Part shown: one piece after another, positions 55,104 through 64,000 of the stretch
Layout of the letters: each line of letters begins with the position of its first letter
Position numbering within the stretch: the stretch's first letter is position 1
Sequence record: MN988522.1
DNA: 64,000 bases
Reading direction: 5' to 3' (one strand)
The notes under the pieces: generated by a model
What the model saw: only the letters and a program-made list of their open reading frames with translations
Databases searched by the model: none
What the model was told of the DNA's origin: nothing
Made by a program: the position numbers and the translations under genes

Positions 55104-57452
55104 AATATTTCCAATGCGATCTCTCCCAAGGTACTGGACGTACTACTGCTTACATTGAAGAGCGTGGTGCTAAGGTAGGAGCATTCGTAGAAGTGAAGGA
55201 CGAGAACTTTAATGGACTCTGGAGAGTCGATCAGGTCTCAGATCATGGAGTAGAAGGTGAACATCTTCGTGACCTCCAGAAGAACAATCGTAACATCTTT
55301 GGCTCTATTGCTCCGAGGACTTAATCAATGAACGATCGTGGCAAGGCACTCTGGAAAATTCTAGAGGATGCAAGAGATAATACCGAACAACGTCTCAGGG
55401 AACATGGATTCGCAGGTAACTTGATTGCTATCCGTGCTAAGAAATGTCTCGTCAAGGGATGTATGAACGAGTCTGATCAAGGTACATTCATAGGAGATCT
55501 CTGCTTACCTTGCCACGATATGATTACTACTGGTAAGATTCATCATACGAATCCTACTTTTATCGGTGATCTTCAACGTCAGATAGGAAAGTATGACAAG
55601 ATTGCTAAATTTCATCAACAATTCATGGAGGTAATGAAGGATGAGTGATCGATTTGTTGCACTCAGACATGTTCTGAACGCTATGATCAACAATGAGAAT
55701 ACGGACTGGTGTGTCAGTGAACGTAGTGCAAATACTGCTATGAAACTGATCGATGTTCTGGAATTTGCTAATGCTGAAGCACCTTTGATCTTACCTGAGG
55801 ATGGTCTAGTCGTTCTCACATACACAGATCGTACTAAGAAATACTTCATCCGATGTGATGAGGATATAGATATTCAGGTACTGGAGAAGTCAAATGTCAG
55901 ATCAAACTGAAGAAAAGCTGGTAGAACGATCCGAGTACTACACAGTAGAAGTACGTACTTGGCATCTTCATGAAGTTGGATTACAACGTGAGGTCGATGC
56001 AGATGTATGGAATGATTGCATCTGGCATTTACTATTCGACTCACCTGGTAGTGTTTATACTCAGAAGAGTGAAGCTATCGACGTACGTAATCGAATCGTT
56101 AATGAGGCTCACATTCCCTCAGAGGATATTAGAGTTACTCGAGTCATCCATGAAGTATTGGATATTGAATGAAAATCTCATCCATGAAACCTCTGATGAG
56201 TACAGAGGATCTTAAAGATTACAATTACTCTATCGCAGCTATTACTACTGAAAGTGTAATGGTGATGGCAGACCTATTTCAATTTCCTCCATCTGAAGAT
56301 GATATCATTGACTTCATCAAGAAGGTCGAAGAAGATCCTGATATGGTTCAGTACGGTGAACTCACTGTAGGTCTAGGTGACCAAGAGTTTACTGAATGGG
56401 TACGATCAGTTGTCAGTGATCGTTTCGATGAAGTCACGATGGAAGATCATAAACGATTGAACTAACTTAGGTCACTAGAGCCTTCCTAGTTACTAGCGAC
56501 CTCATTGGATATTGTGATGACAAATATTAAAGGATATCTACCAGGATTCCTGATTCTAGCCGTATGTTTAACGATTACTTTCGTAGCTAAACATTATTAT
56601 AATCCTGCTCCTGTGCAGGTATTTGATTATACGAAGAAGGAGTCATCGAATGGATGCTCATAGTCATCTCGAAATGATCATACAAGAAATCATTTATGAG
56701 CATGGAGGATTCATCAAGTCAGTTAATCTCGTATCTCAAGTCTATGGTCGACTGTCAACGACTTTTAGTAAGGACATCATTACAGAAGAGATGTTCAAGG
56801 AACTTACTGAAATCAATCTTGTCGAGAAGTTGAATCAGATGGTCACTGACAAGAAACTAGGTGAGATTGAGTACTCAGATATGAACTTAGCTTATCGTAT
56901 CAAATCTGTTTACTATAATCCTGAGATTACTAAAGATGTTAGGATTGTCCAGTGAGCGATCAGAGTAAGAATCTGAAATGGCCTGAGGATCATGACCCTA
57001 ACAAATTTCTATTCTCTGTGCATGGAGTATTTGCACTAGCACCTGATGGTTATATCCAGAGGAAATATAATGGTATCAAAACTCGTGACTCTGATAGCCT
57101 TGTGCATGATCATCTATGTGATAGTGATGGTAAGGTAGACATGATGAAGCTGAAGCAACTTCTGATCGAAGCACGTCAGCACGGTTATGCAACTGCTAAG
57201 AATGAAGTCACGTATGCTATTACACGTACGACATTCAAAGGAGTACCAGGACTTGATACAGAGTGATAATCGTAGATTAGCTCAGCCTGGAGATCAGTCT
57301 CATCGAGTATGGGTCATTATTTATGAAGATGCAGATATGAGTACTGCAGTCTTTACAGGACCTGATGCAGAGAAGGAGGCTCGTGAGCAGTATGAACGTA
57401 GTAAGATCGGATGGAATTGTTATCTGATGTGTACTGCATATGAGGAAGCATA

Positions 57453-57704
57453 ATGCCTGCATCATATTTAAATGATACTATCCATCGAAAGAGTTATCAT
57501 CGAGTAGCTCAACTCCGTGCTACTCATGGATACACTCAGAAACAAGTAGCTGAAGCTATCAACATGAGTCGTGACCATCTTGCATCTATCGAGTCGGGTC
57601 GTTGTTGGATGAGTACTAAATCACTCGTCAATCTCTCAAGATTCTATGGTGTCTCGACTGACTATCTACTAGGACTCTCTGATGTGAGGACTAGAGCAGC
57701 ATGA
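57453..57704 (+). CDS. XRE-family helix-turn-helix regulator
   Basis: LRATHGYTQKQVAEAINMSRDHLASIESG...YGVSTDYLLG. Confidence 0.9.
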   Translation: MPASYLNDTIHRKSYHRVAQLRATHGYTQKQVAEAINMSRDHLASIESGRCWMSTKSLVNLSRFYGVSTDYLLGLSDVRTRAA

Positions 57705-58102
57705 CATTAACAGGTACTGACGCATTAATAATTTCATCCATTATTGCTATTGTTCTAGCTATCTTGTATATCATGATCAAGATAGGATTTCTAGACTGTC
57801 TGGCTATGCTTGTAGTAGCCATCATCGAGAGTATATTTGATTAATGTCATCCATTCATTTAGTTGTAGTTACAATTCAACCTACGTATGTCGAGTCACGT
57901 ATAAGAATGTGGCAGAGACGACTAGGTGCAGACCGTGATCTCAAGCCTGGTGCTACATTCTCCTTGTACAAGATTGTCGAGTCTGAGAATGATTACATTA
58001 AAGTGATGGGCACATTAGATGTTTATGTTCAGAGACATCTTCATCTCAAACCTTATCGAGAGAACATTCCACCATTCAGACTATCTTTAGTCCAGTGATA
58101 TT

Positions 58103-58140
58103 AGGCCTACTAGGAGAGATCTTAGTAGGCCTTTTCTTTT
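58103..58140 (+). terminator. Rho-independent terminator just upstream of element copy 14
   Basis: AGGCCTACTAGGA-GAGA-TCTTAGTAGGCCT then TTTCTTTT. Confidence 0.8.
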
Positions 58141-58148
58141 ACCCTCAG

Positions 58149-58189
58149 TAGGTTCACTTAAGGTCCTGGAGGGATTCTTCTTTGAAGGG
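58149..58189 (+). promoter_or_regulatory. Repeated element, copy 14
   Basis: TAGGTTCACTT-N12-GGATTCTTCTTTGAAGGG; AAGGAG RBS and TTG 58224 follow. Confidence 0.75.
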
Positions 58190-61100
58190 AGCGTTGTGCT
58201 CCGAGTCTTTAAGGAGAATTGTCTTGAGGTACAAGTTCGAGCATCAGTCTGTAATTCCTGCATCCGACTTCGATCCTGATGGATTGGACATTGTCTGGAT
58301 CGACGATACCTATGCGTCGGCAGATAGCTTGGATACGATTTCCAAGTACATGTGCTGCGAAGTCAATGAGATCCAGCAGTATACTTCTGTTGAGGAGATC
58401 TGAGATGGCTAAGCTTGATCGTGCAAAATGGCCTACTCTGGCTAAAGCATTTGATGACTACGGACATTCGTATAAGTTCGACGATATGTTCGATGCGAAG
58501 GTACGTAGCGACAGTAACTACGTAGTCCTCTGCTGGAAGATCGACGAGGATTTCTATGAGATGGCTGATCTCGCTAGTGATGGGAATGGTAATTGGGAGA
58601 TGCAGAACGACATGTTCGATGGCATCAGTCTCAAGCAGTGGAAGTCCCTGAAGATCACTCCTCAGTGTGACTGGTTTACTTACGATGGGGACGGTAACTA
58701 AGATGATTCTTCTCGTTAGAATGTTCTTATTCTCAGTTCGGATCTATGAGTTCTTCACTGGAGACAAGTCAGGTCTCGAAGTCCTCATCAAGGTACGTGA
58801 GGATAAGTGGGACAAGTATAAGTCTGATCTCCTGAAGGATGGATTCGTCTTTCATGAGATCGATGGAACAATTCGTGTGACCAATGTAAAGTTCAATGGA
58901 CGATACGTTGAGGTCATTGCTACGAGAGAGGATGCAGCATGAATGGTCTTGAGAAGCATCGTCGAGAAGCTACCGAGTATCGTATGAAGTACGAGAATGG
59001 GATTGATCCCCGTAAGGTCAAGCGATATGAAGCTTCTCATCTCGATCCTGTCCATTGGGCATACGTCGAAGGATCTGATGCTGGATACTTCAACTATGGT
59101 AATCGTAATCCCTATCCTCCTGGTCGTCGTCATGACGAATACAATCGTGGATATGAAATCTCAAAGGATGAAGCATAATGGCTAAGAATAAGCAGGACAA
59201 GAATAATACTCTTGTCAACTTCATGGATGTCTTCAATGATATCTCTGAGGAGAATCGTCGGAAGGATAATGAGTATCTCAAGCTTCGTACTGAGTCGTTT
59301 GATAGTGATTGCGAAGACATTATCAAAATGAGCGACTTTGATCTCATCGACTACCTCAGCTCTTATCGAGGATATAGCGATCCTCGTATCGTTGAGATTG
59401 AAGGTAAGCTTAAGGAGGTAGCATTCAATGAAGCACTCAGGAGGATGAAACATGGCGATCAAGCTTGATGCTCGTATGGGAGAGTATACTGGTCGTCAAG
59501 GTATCTCATATCTGTTCAAGGATGAGAAGGGATATCCTCATCGTCTCGCAGCAGCTGAGATTAAGGACATTGATCTCAGCGATCTCGTACCTGGTCATAA
59601 GGTATGGCTAGAGAACTGGAAACATCATGGTGGCATCACTCAATGGTATGCTACTCCTAGACACATATAAGGAGACTATCATGCAACATCGTTATGTGAA
59701 TGAACGTAGGATACCTGAACCAGTCACAGGATCGGATATGGTATCTGCACTCATGAGCTATTGTGAGGAGTACAATGTCGAGATCGAAGATATCGTCATC
59801 CTCGCAGATAAGATGGATGCTGATGTAGGTCATATAGCTGATGCTATCATTATCTGCACTCGTCATCTCGGAGACGAGGTGGATCCCTCCTAGTCCCCAG
59901 GAGGACCCTTCGTGGAAACTAACTCAAAATAAAGCATAAAAGGAGTAAAGAAATGTCTTTCATCATGGCGTGGGTCACATTGATCCTCGTCTTCCTTCTG
60001 TACTGCGTAGGTATCATAACAGCGGTAGCTATCTTCTTTCTACCATATATTTTGATCGGTATCGTTTCTTATTTAGTTGTAAGAATCCTTACTAAAGCTG
60101 CCAAGTAGGAGACGTGGATGAGCATGAAATTTCAGGAAGGTATGCACTTCAAATTGGAAGGAGCTACTCTGAAAGGTAAGAATAGGATTCGAGATAACGG
60201 ATCTGAATGGCAAGTCGTCAGTGTCAAGGATGGAGAAGTCTTGTTCGAATCTGTTCTGACAAGCTATCTGAAATGGCATCCTCTCAATGAAGAATCTGAC
60301 TTCATTGTAGTTGAGAGAATGCAGGATGTCGAAGATGTGAATGACTCGATCGAAATCGAAGGTCATTTCCTATAAGGAGTAACGAAATGCAATTCGAAGT
60401 CAATCTGAATAACTATCCTGTTATGCGTAAGGCATTTCAGTTCATCGAGGTAGACAATGGTGCAGGCATTATTCCTGGAGTACCTCTGAAGAATTCATAT
60501 GTCGTTGATTTGAGTGATGAGTCTTCACTCGAAGAGATGTACGGTATGCAGTCATTCTCAGATAATGGTGCAGGTGCTCTCATGAATGCTGTCGAGGCCA
60601 CTCTTGCTCAGATGAGTGATGATGAACTTCTTACATTCTGCACAGGTGGTGATCATGAAGTCAAGATGATCGCCGAGAAGTACGAGTATGGCGCTATCGC
60701 TAGTGAGTTTCTGGATGCATGGTTCGAAGGTCACTTCGATGAGACTCCAAGATTCACATGGCATCAGGTCTGGTACTTCACTAAAGTTTATCCTGAGACT
60801 GTTACTCCGGATGAAGCATATGAAGCATGGGTCAAGGAGAATCCTGACCCTAATGGCATGACAACCTACAACGAGGAAATATGGGAGGGTGATGAGTCCT
60901 GGGTTAAGTCAGTTTGTAGACTACTTCGAGTTGAACTGACTGATTACATTCCACCACCGAAGGATGAAGGTGATGAACCGATCAATACTGAGAAGGTTAA
61001 CCAGTGAGGAGTACGAAATATCTGGTCCAGAGAAATACTGGATGAGATTGTACATATTGCCGATAGCTTCTATCTATTTTATATCGGCAATACTTCTATT

Positions 61101-61201
61101 TCCATTCTATGGACCGTCTATTTTCAGGACGGTCCAGGATATGATCAAGAGTCACTTCAATAGTTAGTAACGAGTTGATGCGTTTGAGTATTTGAATAAG
61201 T

Positions 61202-61240
61202 GGCTCTAGGCGAATCATTGTGCCTAGAGCCTTCCTTTTT
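61202..61240 (+). terminator. Rho-independent terminator
   Basis: GGCTCTAGGC...GCCTAGAGCC then TTCCTTTTT. Confidence 0.7.
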
Positions 61241-61265
61241 ATTAGAATAACATTGAAAGTTTAAA

Positions 61266-61784
61266 ATGCAGTCTTTTGGATATACAATACTAGCTCTCGT
61301 AGTAATTCTTATTCTCTACAAGATCATCAGATCACTTATCGTTCATGAGCAGAAAGCATCTGAATCAACCATTGACAATGGATACAATCTTCCGATCAAA
61401 GAAGCAGTTGATACGTCGATCAGTACGAGGACTACGACGTCTACTGCTATACGTCGTCAACCTGAGCATCGTAGACAGGAAGTCAAGTCTGAGAAACGTC
61501 AGTCATATGACAATGATACGGTTGCCACTTCATACGATGATAATTCGGATACTGTAACTGCTGCAGTTATCTCAACGATCCTCTCGATTGAATCCAACAA
61601 TTCTAGCTCGTCTCATTCAGATCATTCAAGTAGCTCGTCGTCTTCTCACTCAGATACCTCGAGTAGTTGGTCGTCATCTCACTCGGATAGTTCATCTTCT
61701 CACTCATCGTCTTACGACTCAGGATCGTCCAGCTCATACGACTCTGGTAGTAGCACGTCAGACTCTGGTGGTGGAGGATGGTAG
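61266..61784 (+). CDS. Membrane-anchored protein with Ser/Asp-rich tail
   Basis: N-terminal TM helix; C-terminus SSSHSD/SYDSGSS repeats ending GGGGW. Confidence 0.75.
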   Translation: MQSFGYTILALVVILILYKIIRSLIVHEQKASESTIDNGYNLPIKEAVDTSISTRTTTSTAIRRQPEHRRQEVKSEKRQSYDNDTVATSYDDNSDTVTAAVISTILSIESNNSSSSHSDHSSSSSSSHSDTSSSWSSSHSDSSSSHSSSYDSGSSSSYDSGSSTSDSGGGGW

Positions 61785-61803
61785 GCGAATTTATTTTAAC
61801 GAA

Positions 61804-61844
61804 TAGGTTCACTTGAGGTCGTTAAGGGATTCTTCTCTGAAGGG
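61804..61844 (+). promoter_or_regulatory. Repeated element, copy 15
   Basis: TAGGTTCACTT-N12-GGATTCTTCTCTGAAGGG; ATG 61878 follows. Confidence 0.75.
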
Positions 61845-61877
61845 TCGGGTGGTCCGTCCCTCCTAGGAGAATTTAAA

Positions 61878-62009
61878 ATGAAACTCTCTGCTCTTGTTCT
61901 GCTTTCAGTTGGTCTCGGTTGGTACTTGATGGGTTCGACTCAGTCGGATGCAATCAATAAGTGCCTTCAGAAGTTCTCTGAATCGACGTGCATTAATCAA
62001 TACCGTTAA
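61878..62009 (+). CDS. 43-aa putative membrane/secreted peptide (below the ORF-track cutoff)
   Basis: AGGAG RBS; MKLSALVLLSVGLGWYLMGSTQSDAINKCLQKFSESTCINQYR. Confidence 0.7.
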   Translation: MKLSALVLLSVGLGWYLMGSTQSDAINKCLQKFSESTCINQYR

Positions 62010-62253
62010 GTTCACTCCATCAAAAGAGGGGAATCAAGATGGTAATGTTCGGTGTATCGAAAGATCCCATCGTACGTAAAGGATTTGAGGTACTGGCTCA
62101 TCAAGCTGGTACCTCAGCAGCAAGAGATAATGAGCAGAGGGTAGTACCTGATCCGTGGATAGGTTTTGAGGACCACTGGAAATCTGGATACGACTCCTTT
62201 GTTAAAGGAGTTATGAGTTACGACTTCCTTCGACGTACGTAACTGGTGAATTG

Positions 62254-62295
62254 TCTGGGATACTTGCTTAGGTAGGTATCCCAGATTACTTGTTT
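62254..62295 (+). terminator. Probable terminator hairpin
   Basis: TCTGGGATACTTGC-TTAG-GTAGGTATCCCAGA then TTACTTGTTT. Confidence 0.55.
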
Positions 62296-63830
62296 CTAGA
62301 CTAACTCTGAGGATCGTAAGATCCGATGAGGGATGCATTATTATTACACGGACCCCTCCCTTGGAGATTGTTAATGACTAAGACATATAAGACTCGAGAG
62401 ATTAGTCCAGGTCAATCTGTATCTGTTGACAAGGCTAAGTTTACATTCTACAAGGAATCAGGAAAGTATTACACAGAGGGTGAGGGTATTGCTCCATTGT
62501 ACTCTCATTATGACAACTCTCGTGAAGCTCTCATGAAGTTGAATGGAGGTAAGATGCCAGGACTCAGTGGTCCAGGAAATGATTTCTATCTTGTAATCTA
62601 TCCTCTCAATGACGAGAGCGATATTGTCCCACGTTTACTGAAACCAGGAGAGTAGTATGAGTGACGTGCGTCTTCAGGAATTGGATGAGATAGTTGAAGT
62701 TTCTCGTCAATCGAACACTCTGGATATCACATATCCAGTTTCACATATTCTGAGATACTATCATGAAGACTCAGATAAATATGATGTGGATCAGATGCTC
62801 GAGATCTTCAACAAATGGCTTGATAGTTATCTGCGCACTCATATAAATTCTGAAATGCACATACTCTCGATTGATGCTATTCTTGTGAAATTCTTTGAAG
62901 ATCACAAGGTAGAATTTCCATCGTACCTCATTTCTAACAAGGACCTTGACTAGCATGAGAGACTATAATCTTAGATATGATCAGGATGCACTGGTATCGG
63001 TAAAATTGAAGAAGGGTAACGATCGTAGAGATCGTAATTCTAGATCTCTTAAAGAACTGACTGGTAAGATTAAACTAGTCATTCCATCTGGTGCAGATGA
63101 GTACACTTATCTGAGATATAAAGGTTTAGTAAAGAGGCCTCGGAGGAATACTAAGTCATTAAAATCTGCACCTAAGACATCGATACGATACGCTATTGTT
63201 ACTAGAAATGGTAATACAATATGTAATCACACTCGACTGAGATCAACTAAAGAAGAAACTGAGCGACGAAAACGGATTCGTGAGTTAGCTAATCGAGCTC
63301 GTGAGATGTTTGATGACATGGACTGTGATGTGTTCGCAGATAATGTCTGGAAGCTACTCAATGGAGACGAATCAGGTAAGATGTACTTTGGAGTGAATGA
63401 ACAATGAACTGGTCAGATCTTACAATTGCATTTCAGTACATCGTTAGTAATGTACCAGAACCTATGGGCAAGTCTAGTGATGGGATTCTGAAAGTCGAGT
63501 TTGGTAATGAGAGTCTGTGGGATAAAGAATTCCACATCAAACCTCTAGTCTCAGTTGAACTCGGAGGTTATCAAATAGGTACCTGGAATAGACATACAGT
63601 TATCGGACCATTCGATACTGAAGAAGATGCTATGGAAGGTACACGTAAGAAGATTCTTGAAGCATTCGATATTGTTAATCAAGAAATTTTCGAACATCTT
63701 CGACCTGAGTACTATCATCTTGAGGATGATCAGATCCCTCGATGGAACAATGAAGTTAGTAGATTCTCGGACTCAGAGAAGTCTAAGATGATGAGTCTTG
63801 AGAACGAATTTCTCTCTGTATTAAGCGATC

Positions 63831-63856
63831 GGAAGGCTTGATAGCCTTCCTTTCTT
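63831..63856 (+). terminator. Rho-independent terminator
   Basis: GGAAGGCT-TGAT-AGCCTTCC then TTTCTT. Confidence 0.7.
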
Positions 63857-64000
63857 GATAAGAATAATATAGAGATTATTATGAATAATACTATATCTAC
63901 CCAATTGATTTGGGAAGAAGTAGATGAGGACCAGTGGTTTCTTTACTATAATCCTACTGATAATTCTTCTAAGATTTTCATCGGAGAAGTGTACTGGTCT

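Larger units (their letters stand above)
1..64000 (+). other. Accessory gene region of a large lytic dsDNA (jumbo/T4-like) phage: well over 100 co-oriented, mostly small hypothetical genes
   Basis: Near-continuous + strand ORFs with GGAG/AGGA RBSs and overlapping start/stop codons; homing endonucleases, phage-type DHFR and phosphoesterases; no housekeeping operons. Confidence 0.9.

Noticed and set aside
27-61844. The 15-copy repeat as a CRISPR array
   Set aside because: Copies are 0.6-12 kb apart and separated by genes, not by 30-40 nt spacers; no cas genes are present.
176-62956. Minus-strand ORFs in the track
   Set aside because: They lie antisense to coupled + strand genes, lack RBSs or recognisable motifs, and arise from stop-poor reverse frames.
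1-64000. tRNA, rRNA, integrase, reverse transcriptase/DGR/retron
   Set aside because: I found no cloverleaf/TTCGA-CCA pattern in intergenic gaps and no RT (YxDD) or recombinase motifs in the translated ORFs.

Overview
The window looks like 64 kb of the accessory (non-structural, probably early/middle) region of a large lytic dsDNA phage genome. Essentially all credible genes are on the + strand, tightly packed with many ATGA/TAATG overlaps. Most are small hypotheticals, and the minus-strand ORFs in the track are shadows. Recognisable products: DHFR, two metallophosphoesterases, a HAD-PRTase-Nudix cassette, a vWA protein, a divergent adenylosuccinate-synthetase-like enzyme, a 2H phosphoesterase resembling Acb1/T4 57B, a degenerate family X polymerase, an Ntn peptidase, an ATP-grasp ligase, a 2OG-Fe(II) oxygenase, GIY-YIG and HNH homing endonucleases and an XRE HTH protein. 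I found no tRNA, rRNA, CRISPR array, integrase or core virion gene. The most striking non-coding feature is a 15-copy, strand-specific bipartite element (TAGGTKCASTT-N12-GGATTCTTCYT..GAAG) with an invariant 12-nt spacer, always a short distance 5' of a gene. I read it as a phage-specific promoter/leader cassette. Other highlights: a candidate -1 ribosomal frameshift that would fuse a Met/Gly-rich protein to a HIRAN domain, and twin-arginine (Tat) signal proteins that carry fragments resembling T4-like tail sheath and capsid sequences. Family calls come from motif recognition by eye and remembered reference sequences; no searches were run. The host cannot be determined from this window.
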